Source: Lama guanicoe | Lineage: Eukaryota | Length of the DNA stretch: 64,000 nucleotides | Direction: 5' to 3' | Assembly (NCBI GenBank): GCA_013239625.1 | Contig: MU055594.1 | Span: 16,062,445 to 16,126,444, forward strand | The notes under the pieces: generated by a model | The model's database searches: none | Told to the model about the DNA's origin: nothing | What the model saw: only the letters and a program-made list of their open reading frames with translations | Part shown: positions 39,101-49,168 of the stretch, piece after piece | Layout: each line of letters begins with the position of its first letter | Position numbering within the stretch: position 1 is the first letter of the stretch | Position numbers and translations under genes: made by a program

Positions 39101-42100
39101 CCCTACAGATAGTTTTCAGTTCCAGACAAAATCACCCAGAAGTCAGGAGACCTTCACAAATGAACACTACAGGTAGATGGAGATGCTGAGAGTGGGCATG
39201 AAGGGGGCCAGAAAGTGAGACACAGATGATCATTTAACTAGGGTATTCACCTTACCTGCAGACAGGGAAGGCAGCTGACCATCTAGGAGTGGTGACTCTT
39301 GTGCTTGGCCCCAAATTCAAGCTAACAGAGAATCAGAAAGGCAATTTTTGATTCTTTGTAGGGAAATTATTTCTTAGAGCTAGAGAAAAACTTTAATTAC
39401 TCTCAAATGCTTTGTACATACAGATTTTTTTTCAGCTATAAATTTGCCTTCTCAATTACTTTTGAACCCAGATGATATTAAAATGACTTTATTTCCATAA
39501 CCATGAACCACCTGACTTTCTAATGTCTTATCAATTTTAAATGTCGCTACCTTGAACCCATCAGCCACTCTAGAGTTTCCTATCCCATTTATCCAACCTG
39601 ATTTCTTACAGTTTTCAAACAAAAATCTATATTCCACACAAATCACCCCTACACTTACCTTTTGTCTTTGCTCACACAGTTCTCCCTTTTAAAAATACTC
39701 AGTGGCATCCACATTCTTCCACTTATCAGAGTGTTCACCATCCTTCAGAGCCCTCCTCAGTTCCCACTTTTTTTCAATCATTGTGTCTCAGAGAGATCAG
39801 CCCTCTTTTGAACTCACGGTGCCTGTGGAAATACACTGGATTAATAGCTAGAGAGGTGAATTCCAGTTTTGGTTCTACATGGTAGCTGTGAGGTCGTATA
39901 TAAGTCACTTACACTCTCTGAGCCTCAATTTCTTCATCTGTAAAAGGTAAATTTGGCTGCCTGAATGGCAAGGTTATTGTAGGATAAGATGGTAACATTG
40001 TGTAAAATAATATTCAAAGTGCCATGACAGAATTCAAATGTGCTAATAGAGAAATGTATTATTTACTGCTTTGTATCATTTTTTATGTTTTTGTGGAATA
40101 CTGTTTAATTTACTCTTCAGATATGGTCATTTCCCCATTTAGTTTGTGAGATACTTAGATTGGCTTTGGGTTTTTAAAACTCCCTAATAGGGCTTTGCCG
40201 TTATAGATCAGGTCCCTGACTTTCAAAAACTTACGGAGTGATTGAGGAGAAGGATAGACATAGAATTAGTCAATTATAAAGGAAAGCTTCCTGGACAGAG
40301 TGGCTTTGAGACCTGGTAATGGTCCGGCAAGAGTGTCTGCTTTGTGGCCTCTCTCAGCTCTTCATCTTCTCTCACAAAGAACAGAGGAAGAGTTCCTGGA
40401 TCAAGTGAACCGGAGACTGGCTCAGACCAACCCGGAGAAAGATATGTTGACCACAAAGCCCTGCCACTGTGATGAGATCCTGAAGTTAGTGCTCTCACCC
40501 CTCACCCAGCACTGCTTGGTCATTGGAGAAACCACGTGTGCATTTTATTACCTGCTGGAGGCTGCTGCTGCCTCCTTGGACCTGTCAGATAATTATATGG
40601 TGAGCAAGCTCTGCTCTCTGCCCCTGAGCTGAGCCAAGTGACTGAGGGAATTTGTTAGGATTTCTTACTGTCAAGTAGCCTGGAATGAAAAGTGGAGGAA
40701 AATGGGAGAAAGGAGCTGTAATGGGCCTAGGAGAAAACATGAAGTGGGAATGCGGTAGCGAAGGAGCAGCACGTGCTGTCGGTGCTGTCCCTGACTCCTG
40801 CATGCGTAGTCCATTTAGTCCCCATTTCTAACTAAATCCAGCCCCAGTTCAAACTTGCCGAAACCTTGATCCAACCTTCACCCTAAGCACGTGCCTAGCA
40901 GCATCCGAATCCTAATCCAGTTACTCCATCTCTTGTCTTGTTTGAAGGCCTTCTTTTATTTGAGGAAGGCAAGCAGTCTTCTGGGCCGACCCTCAGCATT
41001 CTCATATTTGAAAAAGCACAAGGTGAAGATCTGTCAGTTTGAGGAGGCCACTTTCTGCCGTCTTCGATCAGAGGTGAGGATGAGGGATGACGTTGAAGTT
41101 TGGGTTATTTTCCCTTGAGGGTTACTTTGTTATTTCTTTTAAAATCTCTTTGTTTTTTGTGTGTGATGATAAATGTGATAAAAGGTTATACAAATTCAAA
41201 ACAGAACTATATGTAGAGTGAAAGAGCTCTTACTAATCCCATGTCACCCCTAGTGTAGTTAATAATGTAGTGCAAATTCCACCAGCTGTACACATACAGT
41301 CATATCATTATTGTTTTCCATTTTTTACAAATAGAATCATATTCTGTATTCTTTCTTCTGCAGCTGACTTTTATTCCTAATAATGCAGATTGAACATATT
41401 CACATATTGGCATATATCCAATCGTAGTTGTAGCTGCCAATACTACATTGTATCCATATGTCAAATTTATTTAATCATTCCTTTCTACATGCACATTTAA
41501 GTTATCTCTAATTTTTGGTTATTATAAACATTGGTACAGTGAATATTCTCATAAATATCTCTTTACTCCCTTGTGAGAGTGTTTCTGTAAGAGAAATTTC
41601 CAGAGGTGGAAATGCTAAAGCAGAAGATATGAATATATTTAATAAATATGTTGCCAAATTGTCTGGCAGAATATTGTGTCAATTTGAGTTCTTCCCATTT
41701 CTTCGCATCCCTACCAACACCAAATATTATAAGTCTTCTTTGTACTTGCTAATCCGTAAATGATAATTATATTTTAATGTATATTTCTTAATTAATAAGG
41801 TACTTTTTTATATGTTTATTGGTCATTTATTTCTGTGAATTACCTTTTCATGTACTTTTCTCATCAGAGTGTATATAAACTAATTTTCGAGTATGGGGGA
41901 GTGGACAAAATGGGTGAAGATGGTCAGAAGGTATAAACTTCCAGTTATAAGTTTTGGGGATGTGATGTACAGCATGTGACTGTAGTTAACAATTCAGTAT
42001 TGTATATTTGAAAGTTGTTAAGAGTGTAGATCTTAAAAGTTCTCATCACAAGAAAAAAAATGTAACTGTGTGGTGCCAGAATTTAATTAATCTCATTATG

Positions 42101-45100
42101 GTGATAATTTTCCAGCATATACATAATGTTGAATCATTATGTTGTATTACTAAAACTAACAGAAGGTTCTATGTCAGTTACATAAAAATAATTTTCACAT
42201 TGTACACCTTAAACAATGTTATATGTCAGCTATATCTCAGTAAAGCTAGAAAGAAAAAAGGAACATACATTTCAAAGTCTCCTCCCTACCCCATCTCTAA
42301 GCTGCTGTGTCCCCTCCTCAAGGTTATATATCTTTGTTTTCTACCAGAGGGGCTTAGCATACATAAATGCATACAATCTCCCCTCTTCCTTTGTTATATA
42401 CAAATAGGAGCTTTCTATACTCCATTCTACTACTTGCTTTAAAAATAAATAAATAATATGCCTTGTATATCATTCTATATCATTTATAACAAATTTCCTC
42501 AGAGAATGAGATTTGTATAATGAATAGAAATTCTGGGGAAAGCATGCCATGAGACATTCCATTTTCAAAGAACACATAGGAGTAAATGTATTTATTCTGT
42601 ATGAATAACTCAGGACAACTCAGCAACTTCTCCCAGCCTCATTCCTGCTAAATCCAACAGAACAAAATGTGTTGGAATAATTATTTATCAATTTATAAAT
42701 AAAGACTCCCTAAAACCATGAGGGTGTTTTGTTACAGAGCTGAGCTTTAAAATTAAAAAAAAGTAAATAAAAACTAATTTCAATGTAAACCTCAAGATAC
42801 CCTGATTAGGAGAATAAACCTAATGTGTACAATGTCTTTAAACACCAAAGGGATTACTAGAGTTGTCCACAGTATTGCATTATTTATATTTCAAGCAAAA
42901 GGTCTTTGAAGCAAAGTGAAATAATTATTTCTTTCTCTTTATAAAAAAAGAATTATTGTGCAGTCTTCCCAAGATTGTACTGAAATCACCTTGGACTTTA
43001 TCACTTTTTTGGTTGATTTAGCCTTAGAACATGAAGGTACATGATAACTTCAAAGTGGTTTCTCAGCTCCTACCCCTACATGCACTATGGCAGTACAACC
43101 TGTTTATGAAGTGAGATACAGGATTAGGTGATATCTCAGATGCTTTCATTGCATCTGAAACATCTTAGTCTCTGTGCAAATGACAATCCCATCAGAGTCT
43201 GGCAGCATCACTTTATCACAGACTTCCTCACCTGCTCACTGACAAATGTGTGGGAGATGAGAAAGGAAAGTGGCTTCTGTTTTCTCACTTTTTTGCTTGC
43301 TCATGGCCCTACTGGTGCTTGTTTGTGTAGCCAGGCTCTGTTCTAACTCAGCTCACTCGAGCACCACAGTGGCCTCAAGTACACTTCCCAAAATAAAAGC
43401 CAGTGTGTCGTATCCAGACTCTTGCACTCCTCCCACATTTGCATCGCTGTTTGTCTTTTTCCCATCTCCAGGTCTGTTTCAACATGGGCCAGATCACCTT
43501 GGCCAAAAAATTGGCTAGGCAAGCCCTTCGACTGCTAAAAAGGAGCTTCCCTTGGACCTGGTTTGGTGTCATTTTCCAAACATTCCTAGAAAAATACTGG
43601 CGTTCCTGTTCCCAGAGCCAACCTTTGAACAACACTAGTGAGAAGTGAGAAGCCTGGTCAACTTGCCCTGGTTCCATTTAGGGCCACAGAGAACTAATCT
43701 AGGGCCCGGCCTGGCATTGCCTATTTGAAATAAAGAGACTCCTCCTTTCAGGCATATAACAGTTCCAGTTCGTTTACCTTACTCTCCCGGCCAATTCAGT
43801 GTAGCAAAATGAGGACTTTGTTTTTGGAGTGTGGTATTATCCTGTCTCTTTCAAATAAAGATACATATATGTGTATTGTGTGTACATATACACATAAAAT
43901 AGCAATTTAATATTATTTCTCTCGACATATACATAATATTAAATTGCTCCCTAGTTACTGAGGTATAATAATTCATAGGAAATATATTCAACCAAAGTAA
44001 CAATTCAGAGAGTGAACCTTTTTAAAAACATCTCTTAACTTTTTTCCTGGTCAAGAGGGGTGAATTTAAAAGGCATATGGGGTTAGAAGTAGTGGGATTC
44101 CAGGAACCTTTCTAGTCTGAAAGTCTGTGGATAGGTAGATTCAGATTTCTTGTGGGGAGGGACAGAGGACACTGGTGAAGAATAAGGGCAGGCTAACCAC
44201 CTGTGCTTCACACCAGTAAGAAGAAGCTGGCAGTCCTGCAGCAGCGGGTGCACTGCCTCTCCTTGCTCTGGCAGCTCTACAACCTGGAGGCCACAGCCAG
44301 CAGCCACAGGTTTGCCTGCCTGGCCACTCTTATGCAGAAGAATTCAGCCAAGGAGTTTGCCAGTGAAGCCCAGGTAAGCAAGTCCTTGTTTTACCTATGG
44401 ACCTCAGTCAGAAACCTAAAATGTTAGGGAGAGGACCCTGCTAAGTCCCTGGTTAAGCATGGTTCCATAGTAACCCAGACTTAACAGGACACTGCTGATC
44501 GTGTTGTTTGAGCAGGGTTCTCAATCTGCAGTTTATTGATGGGCTTCCAGGTGCGAGGCTATCTGTGAACTCTGAACTGAATGTCGACTTTTGTGTGTAT
44601 GTTCAAAAGAGCATCCAGGGAGTGATGGGAGGTAGAGAAGGGGTCAGAGCTTTCATCAGATTCTCAAAGAAGTCCATGATCTAAAAAAAGGGTTGGAGTT
44701 GCTGACTTAGGTAAAAAGAAGAAAGGGAAATGCGTCTTCCTAATTTTAGTGTCCATCTGTCTGTATCTCTCTTTTATCCATCTGATCAACAAATATTTGA
44801 TGAACGCCCCTTCTGTGCCAGGGACTGACCTTGGTTCCAGGGAAACAGACAATAGATAAGTGAAATATATAGTGTGTTAGGTGATAATAAATGCAATGAG
44901 GGAAAACTAAGTGGAGGCAGGAGGACATGGAGTTCTGGGAGCTGGGGGGTACAAGTTTAAATAAGGTGGTAGGGAAAGCCTTCCCGGAGCAGGTGACATC
45001 TGGGCAAATATCTGAAGGAGATGAGAGAGTAAGTCATATGGCTATCCGGGGAAGAGTGAACAGGAAGAGGGCAGAGAGAGTGCACAAGGCATGCCCTCTG

Positions 45101-48100
45101 TGTCTGAGGAACAGGCAGGAGGCTCGTGTGACTAGAGAGGAGGGAGGAGAGAAGAAGAGCCAGGAGATGAGTCAGAGAGTCTGGGGTTGGGGGTGGGGTG
45201 GCAGACGGTGCAGGCCTTGTAGACCACTGAAGGGGTTTTGGTTTTTACTCTGAAGAAGATGAGAAGCCGTCAGTGGGTTCTGAGGAGTGACAGAGTCTAC
45301 TTATATTTTAATACTGTCATCCTATTGGAAACCTAATGAAGTCAGTGTTTCAAGAAGAATGTCATCAGCGATGTCAAATTTGTGTGTAACTGATGACAGA
45401 GATCTAGGCGGCAGTTCTGAAGACCTCTGAGGAGCAAGAATCAGAGGCCTTAATTAGAGAAAACATAAAAGAGGTACAGTTTGGCCAGCATTTTGAAGGG
45501 GAAAGTCTTGGATTGGAGAAAAAGAAGAGGGATAGGTAGAGAAAGTGGTTTGCTTAAAGAACAGGCAGTGAGAATGATCAAATTAGATGTGGAGGGGTGA
45601 GAAGGAGCCTGTTTTCATAACCGGTGATGAGGTGAGTGGTGGAGACCCCAGGAGTGCTCACTGAGGGAGCAGCAAGGCGTGCAGTGGGCTCTCGTGCAGG
45701 AAAGGGATGAGGTGGAAATGTGGCGTGACTGGACAGTCAGAATATTCTGCCCATGTTTGTTGCCCCACAGGTTGTCTCTACCTATGTGGCCCTCTCCCAG
45801 CTCTCCCAGAACATGGGTGACAGGGAGAAGTGGCTGCACTGTGAGCAGATGGCCATTCAGAAAAGCACCCTGTGTTGGTTCTCCAGGGAGGGATTGTTGG
45901 CCACAGCCCAGCTCATGCAGGCCTTGGCCTACACCAAGCTCTGCCTCGGCCATCTTGACTTCTCCATCAAGCTGGGTAATGGGGCCTGGGGCTGGTGGGC
46001 CTGGGGCTTTTAAAGAGGCCAGGTTCACCACTAGAGATCAAACAATACTCTTTAACCTCCTTAGGTTTTCAAGCTCATGAGATATGCAGACACTTCAAGA
46101 AACCAGCTCTGGAGAATCTAATTCTCTCAGTTCTCTTCAGATCTGCATTTCTGAAGAAGAAGTATTAAGATCATTTTCTGTCCTTTGTATTTGTTGCCTA
46201 AGAGGGGAGGGGAGGGTACGATCTTCCAGAGAAGTTTGGAGTGGAGACGGGGATGCTGTTCCATTTCCATAGTTCTGTTCACTCCAGGAAGCATTTCTTT
46301 AGTGTGGGGAGTCAGGAGTGGAAATGCAGAGTCTAAGTTACTACATAAACCTTTTTTTTCCACTTTTCTCTGGGGAGGTAGGTAACTGCCATAGCTCAAG
46401 ACCCTGGGCATTGTCTCAGAGGCATTTTCCCATTTCCTTTGCTTGGAGACAAGTCTGATCCCACACACATGCTCTCCGTATAAGTAGAGTTAAGGAGAGG
46501 AGATCTAGAGCTTATTAAGCTGCTTTGAAGGTGTAAGATCCCCTCCTCTCCTGTACCATCATCCCCATTCTCTAGCTGGTCCCAGTGGCTCTGTCTCTCG
46601 GCAGATTTGATCTGTGTGTCCATGTGCTGGAGAGTCAGTGGGCGCTCATTTCCCAGGGTCATGATGTCCTTGGCCTGGCCTGCTTCTATTCTGCTTGCTT
46701 AGATCTGCTGCTCTACGGAGAAGGTAAATCTTGTGCAGGGCTCTGCTGTGCTCCTAAGGGGTTCAGGCCTCAGGGAGGGCCCTAGGTTTAGCAGAAAGGC
46801 AGTCATGAGCCTGTCCCTTGGGCGTGGCTGGTTCCTTGAAGTCTAGGAACCAAGTTGTGATTCAGGGGTGTCTGCCTTTCGGGTGTTTCTCCTCCCCTGT
46901 ACCACACACCTTCTGTAACACTTCCTACATGACAACTTATACTGGCCTGTTTTTTTTCTCTGTCCACAGGATGGCTGTGTCGGCCCTTTGGGGAATGTCT
47001 GCGTTTCATTCAGCACTATGAGCACAGCTGCATTCTAACTTCTCAGAGCAATGTCATGTTGGGGGTCCACGCCTCTCTGGCCATGTGGTAATGTGGGGTA
47101 CCAGAGTCTTACTTAGGGCTATTGGAAAGGGTAGAAATTTGAGGACACCATGGTGTCATTTAAGCTATTGCCTTTTGCCCTCCCAGGCAGGACTATTTCA
47201 CATCTCTAACCCACTTCTAAAGACCATTCACCTCCCATTTTCCCCTCATCTTATGGAAAGGGTTCTTTTTGTCCCTTAACATGTTTGGATTATAGTTTAA
47301 GGGCCAAGTTTAGGGTTACATTTAAGTGCTAGATAAGACATGGTAAGTCTGAATATCGTTGGTCTCCTTTTTAGTCTCCTTACATGTGAGTTAGCAGCCT
47401 TGGTCACTTACCAGAATCACAATTCTGACTGTCCAGGAGGTCATAGGGCCTTAAAGAAGTGACGGCTCTATTGAAAAGCCATGGTTGATAAGCAGGGGAG
47501 AGAGCTGAGAGCTGTGATTCTTTCCCTCCAGGTTTGCCCAGGACTCGCAGTGGAATCTGTTTGAGCACCACTTCTCCATGGCTCGCCAGCTGGTGAAAAG
47601 AACCAATGCTTCACTATTTGGTTCACATGGCTTTGTCCGATTCCTTGAGTGCCATGTGCTAATGTTACAGAAAATACCAGAGGGTGTCTTCAAGCATACT
47701 CCCTCAGAGACTCACCGCCAGGCCCTCAAGGTACCTGTCTCTCTTGTTCATCAACTGACACCTAAGTTATACTTTGACCCTGTGGTACTATTTCTGCCAC
47801 CTGCCGCCCTCCCTTACCCTTCTCCTTGCTGCCTCTGTCTCTTTTTCCTCCTTGAACCCTTTTTTTCCCTCTACCTAGAAAGTCTTTTTACCTACCTCAT
47901 GTTTCCTCCCAGATATTCTTGCATGTACATCAGGACTGGATTCCTTAACTTTCTGACTTTGCATAGCAACTCCCAATACCATTAAAACATTAACATTTAG
48001 CCCTTCTCAAAGGACCACTTCTGTCTCAGTCTGTCATTTGACATCTCCCCACAGCCAGTGCTTTCTGAGTCTAAGACATTCCAGTTTCTCTGTATCTCAA

Positions 48101-49013
48101 AACCGATTTGGGGGGCCTGCTTTGCCATCAATAACTCCTTTCTATTCCTCCATCCCTGAATGAGTATACTGAGTGTGGACTGTTGTAATGGAGTGGGGTG
48201 GAGTGGAGGAAAGAAAGTAATCCCTGAGCTAATGGACCTTCCTTTCCTTTCAGTACATTAAGGAGTTCTTCTCTCGATGTGTGACCTGCCCTGTCTATCA
48301 CCAGTGGGTCTCTGAGCTTAAAGCCTCTGTAATGAGATATGGAAGGAGAGAGTCCATCAGACCTTTTGACACCTGCTTTACCAGGATTTGGATAGAAGGA
48401 GAATTCCTGGAGGAAAATAACTCCTTTGAAGGAAATTTAGGAATACAGAGTAAGCATCCATTCCTGGAACCCTTGTCTGAGAGACAAAGAACAGTCTCAG
48501 ATTCTTACTCACAGCAGTCAAAGGCTACAACTCCAAATAAGAAAGGATGTGCAGATATGAGGATTAGTCCTTGCTCCAGAGGTAACTGTCATTCTTTCAC
48601 AGAGCTGGACCCAGCCTAGACAGACAGAGACCCCTTATATTGTTCAACCTCTCTCAGCCCTTTGTTTCAGCATCTAAGCCATAGAAAGTTCCTCCTTGGA
48701 CCCAGCTTAAATAGATTGTTCCCTTGGTGTAGCTGGTTGGTCACTAAGGGAGAAAGAAGGCCTTAGAAATCACAATGTAATATCTAAGAAGGTAAATGAT
48801 AAGATGTGGGCAAGAAAAAGAGAGGAAAGAATATAGTTTCTTGCTTTAGAGCCCAGCAAATCTTCTTTTCCAGGCCATGAGTTAAATTTGTAATTGCTAA
48901 GGAAATTCTTTGTTTTTATGTTATTCTTTATGTTCCTGCTTTCAGGATTTGTCAGAGTGGCTGATGTCAAGGAGGATAAGGATGAAGAAGAAATTCAAGA
49001 ATACATATGTTAA
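14761..49013 (+). CDS. ADCY10P1: Soluble adenylyl cyclase (ADCY10)-like paralog at the ADCY10P1 locus; 32 coding exons, about 1635 aa, ORF apparently intact, predicted catalytically inactive
   Basis: Hand-spliced exons are phase-compatible and stop-free and align along their length to sAC (WPV..RLAALLPDL, FGGDIL, KCSLEI, NCW.LC, FMF.KG, RHEYTVIG, YEGGKGYGKSQ, IFLIDEAQ, GNP.YCE, CAAVIG, DNYMA, VCFNMGQI.LAKK, GHLD, CLDLLLY). Position between NFYA and TREML1 is that of human ADCY10P1. The model needs one GC donor (33238), and the exon 21/22 junction is ambiguous. Confidence 0.9.
15818..15922 (+). CDS. ADCY10-like exon 2
   Basis: GFTALMDRFSLSCKSEHDMDKLAHIFSYYISDIVE; cag| ... |gtgagt, 105 nt. Confidence 0.9.
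16450..18650. mobile_element. L2 fragments with a nested MER5A-like element (~17550-17720)
   Basis: Purine-rich L2-like text (GAGCATTTCAGGCAGAAGAA, GGCCAGTGTGGTTAGAGCATAG, TGAGTTTGAGATG); TAGTGGTTCTC..CACGTTAGA..CTGATGTC..TGTGCAGTAAAGGCTGAAACTA resembles MER5A. Confidence 0.55.
18830..18868 (+). CDS. ADCY10-like exon 3
   Basis: HVLCFGGDILNIT(G); 39 nt, cag| ... |gtattt. Confidence 0.88.
19609..19752 (+). CDS. ADCY10-like exon 4
   Basis: GNVLLALWTVEQNQLSDIITLVAKCSLEIQEKFGICHTREGQDLQLKI(G); 144 nt. Confidence 0.9.
19800..23170. mobile_element. Old LINE-1 fragments (+ at about 19800-20700; - at about 20890-23170) in ADCY10-like intron 4
   Basis: CCCAGCAATCCCACTTCTG (+); AAAGCTGTTATGAATATCCATGTACAAGTCTTTGTATGGACAT, TTCCAAAGTGGTTGTAC, GCCATTATTTCTTCAAATA (-). 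Confidence 0.7.
23766..23971 (+). CDS. ADCY10-like exon 5
   Basis: GLSAGRISQVIVGDEQRQYLLVIGRDVDGVQLAQRLAQANEIVLSWNCWKLCEQYMFEVEIMREDEAVK; 206 nt. Confidence 0.92.
24257..24347 (+). CDS. ADCY10-like exon 6
   Basis: LRDMRISDPFDFDEHFDKCLDYLPHYRTSA; tag| ... |gtaagt. Confidence 0.9.
24441..24529 (+). CDS. ADCY10-like exon 7
   Basis: DILRTALELDPDSALEQTLRKHIMKSLLKK; weak donor AAG|gttatt. Confidence 0.85.
25130..25321 (+). CDS. ADCY10-like exon 8 (start of C2)
   Basis: IDEGQPMEYISEFRTVTTVLVSL...GGQLSRIFMFEK; 192 nt, |gtaagt. Confidence 0.92.
26034..26155 (+). CDS. ADCY10-like exon 9
   Basis: GYMFLCVFGLPGDKKPDECAHALESSFSIFSFCWENLAET; phase 2, |gtgagg. Confidence 0.92.
27408..27484 (+). CDS. ADCY10-like exon 10
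   Basis: KLVSISITNGPVFCGMVGAVARHEYT; 77 nt. Confidence 0.92.
27592..27781 (+). CDS. ADCY10-like exon 11 (end of C2)
   Basis: VIGPKVSLLARMITAYPGLVSCDEVTYLRSMLPAYNFKKLPEKMMKNISNPEKMYEYLGHRRC; 190 nt, |gtgagt. Confidence 0.92.
28266..28321 (+). CDS. ADCY10-like exon 12
   Basis: IMFGKRHLARERNQNHPLL; 56 nt, |gtaagt. Confidence 0.9.
29053..29206 (+). CDS. ADCY10-like exon 13 (Walker A)
   Basis: DREKELEAFQMAQQRCLHLKKGQAVLYEGGKGYGKSQLLAEINFLAQKEGH; GxxGxGKS at 29136-29159. Confidence 0.92.
29361..29550 (+). CDS. ADCY10-like exon 14
   Basis: RVLPLKLKEADSKQRFYAIQTLMAIFFEIDTCPACYRQECLFKQLHGMVEEPLHCLFNDLFFVK. Confidence 0.88.
30748..30834 (+). CDS. ADCY10-like exon 15
   Basis: FPLSFRVSHMDDLARQKKVKACFFQVLQK; 87 nt, |gtgggt. 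Confidence 0.88.
31466..31737 (+). CDS. ADCY10-like exon 16 (Walker B)
   Basis: AVRETPLIFLIDEAQYMDAASWEFL...VVSIPQELQ; hhhhDE at 31487-31504. Confidence 0.92.
32282..32418 (+). CDS. ADCY10-like exon 17 (STAND GxP motif)
   Basis: IYLLRRCFGNPLYCEVLCQDLLSKNILLFHDLQKEEVETSKWETLS; 137 nt. Confidence 0.9.
33112..33237 (+). CDS. ADCY10-like exon 18 (GC donor)
   Basis: ANAMKSTMYSISPASSEDQDLYVCTVKDDVNLDTVLLPPLLK; frame requires AAG|gcaggt. Confidence 0.75.
35461..35730 (+). CDS. ADCY10-like exon 19
   Basis: EIAVNQLDQLNPEEQLLVKCAAVIGHSFHIDLLQHLLPGW...KEKRKP; 270 nt, |gtgagg. Confidence 0.92.
36591..36920 (+). CDS. ADCY10-like exon 20
   Basis: VAASPLRLPE...AAWELWPKAQQVALHLECACFLQDLACRCGSCQGGDFVPFHRF...LPSPQ; 330 nt. 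Confidence 0.9.
39109..39172 (+). CDS. ADCY10-like exon 21 (small, boundaries ambiguous)
   Basis: tttttttccctacag| ... AG|gtagat; open from 39109 (DSFQFQTKSPRSQETFTNEHY) or from 39113 (VFSSRQNHPEVRRPSQMNTT). Confidence 0.55.
40380..40599 (+). CDS. ADCY10-like exon 22 (acceptor at 40380, 40358 or 40385)
   Basis: TEEEFLDQVNRRLAQTNPEKDMLTTKPCHCDEILKLVLSPLTQHCLVIGETTCAFYYLLEAAAASLDLSDNYM|gtgagc. Confidence 0.85.
40948..41073 (+). CDS. ADCY10-like exon 23
   Basis: AFFYLRKASSLLGRPSAFSYLKKHKVKICQFEEATFCRLRSE|gtgagg. Confidence 0.88.
41140..42480. mobile_element. LINE-1 fragments (-) with a nested L1 3' end (+, about 41890-42260)
   Basis: CTTCCAGTTATAAG..GGGATGTGATGTACAGCATG..GTAGATCTTAAAAGTTCTCATCACAAGAAAA..TGTACACCTTAAAC..TATATCTCAGTAAAGCT is a typical L1M 3' end. 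Confidence 0.7.
43472..43644 (+). CDS. ADCY10-like exon 24
   Basis: VCFNMGQITLAKKLARQALRLLKRSFPWTWFGVIFQTFLEKYWRSCSQSQPLNNTSE. Confidence 0.9.
44217..44373 (+). CDS. ADCY10-like exon 25
   Basis: NKKKLAVLQQRVHCLSLLWQLYNLEATASSHRFACLATLMQKNSAKEFASEAQ; ctaac branch point upstream, |gtaagc. Confidence 0.9.
44770..45400. mobile_element. L2 fragment
   Basis: CAACAAATATTTG..CTGTGCCAGG..GGAAAGCCTTCCCGGAGCAGGTGACATCTG L2-like motifs. Confidence 0.55.
45771..45975 (+). CDS. ADCY10-like exon 26
   Basis: VVSTYVALSQLSQNMGDREKWLHCEQMAIQ...AYTKLCLGHLDFSIKL(G); 205 nt. Confidence 0.9.
46065..46161 (+). CDS. ADCY10-like exon 27
   Basis: GFQAHEICRHFKKPALENLILSVLFRSAFLKK; 97 nt, weak donor gtatta. Confidence 0.82.
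46605..46723 (+). CDS. ADCY10-like exon 28
   Basis: KFDLCVHVLESQWALISQGHDVLGLACFYSACLDLLLYGE. Confidence 0.9.
46970..47087 (+). CDS. ADCY10-like exon 29
   Basis: GWLCRPFGECLRFIQHYEHSCILTSQSNVMLGVHASLAM(W); 118 nt. Confidence 0.9.
47532..47730 (+). CDS. ADCY10-like exon 30
   Basis: WFAQDSQWNLFEHHFSMARQLVKRTNASLFGSHGFVRFLECHVLMLQKIPEGVFKHTPSETHRQALK. Confidence 0.88.
48254..48581 (+). CDS. ADCY10-like exon 31
   Basis: YIKEFFSRCVTCPVYHQWVSEL...ISPCSR(G); donor G|gtaact; stop at 48617-48619 if unspliced. Confidence 0.75.
48946..49013 (+). CDS. ADCY10-like terminal exon 32
   Basis: Long polypyrimidine tract plus cag; phase 1 matches the exon 31 donor; GFVRVADVKEDKDEEEIQEYIC*; AATAAA at 49163-49168. 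Confidence 0.65.
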
Positions 49014-49162
49014 TACAAACAAAAATCATCTGAAGGGACCATGATTCTTTTATTATATATAACACAAAGAAAAGTCCCAAATTCTCCTTTTTAAGATATT
49101 GTGTAGTGTGCATATTAAATATGCTAGCTGCTTACAGTCACTGCTGTCGATAGCTTTGCCAA

Positions 49163-49168
49163 AATAAA
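49163..49168 (+). terminator. Polyadenylation signal of the ADCY10-like gene
   Basis: AATAAA 150 nt after the predicted stop. Confidence 0.55.

Noticed and set aside
14761-49013. Calling the locus a pseudogene, as in human
   Set aside because: I found no in-frame stop or obligatory frameshift in 32 exons, and promoter, Kozak and poly(A) signals are present. Caveats kept as findings: the GC donor, the exon 21/22 ambiguity and a few weak donors (gttatt, gtatta, gtagta).
14761-49013. Calling it ADCY10 itself
   Set aside because: Too diverged from mammalian sAC, catalytic residues absent, and the NFYA/TREML1 neighbourhood is that of the paralogous locus.
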